Assembly (NCBI GenBank): GCA_040954595.2
Contig: CM082598.2
Coordinates: 1,302,001 to 1,366,000, forward strand
Length of the DNA: 64,000 bases
Reading direction: 5' to 3'
DNA from: Balanoglossus misakiensis
Taxonomy: Eukaryota; Animalia; Hemichordata
Below the pieces are notes generated by a model. That model had not been told where the DNA came from, ran no database searches, and saw nothing but the letters and a program-made list of their open reading frames with translations. Within the stretch, counting starts at the first letter, position 1, and the number at the start of each line of letters is the position of its first letter. The position numbers and the translations under genes are program-made. This document shows positions 63,992 to 64,000 of this stretch, in pieces.

Positions 63992-64000
63992 AAGTCCCGC

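Overview
Intron-rich, AT-rich animal genomic DNA; gene content and sequence style suggest an invertebrate deuterostome (inference only). I reconstructed spliced models by hand, checking GT-AG boundaries and reading-frame phase. In order: the 3' end of an acidic/Gln-Pro-rich gene with a PAM2-like motif (+); a BLVRB/flavin-reductase-like gene (-); two intact uncoupling-protein (UCP2/3-like) paralogs in head-to-head inverted arrangement (- and +); an intronless class A GPCR (+); a GPI-type Ly6/uPAR three-finger gene (+); DAGLA (-, about 22 kb); EXT2 (+); METTL25 (-); and a spliced gene fusing a pogo/CENP-B-type DNA-binding region to a HIRAN-like domain (+). Several MITE families and microsatellites are present. 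The most striking signal lies below the ORF-track cutoff. Both UCP paralogs carry, in their second leader exon, a 53-codon upstream ORF that aligns without gaps (37/53 identical residues, 11 of them with synonymous codon changes) while the flanking UTR and introns have diverged. This points to a conserved-peptide uORF/micropeptide controlling or accompanying UCP translation. The two paralogs also share promoter, intronic and 3'UTR modules. No tRNA, rRNA or CRISPR features were seen.
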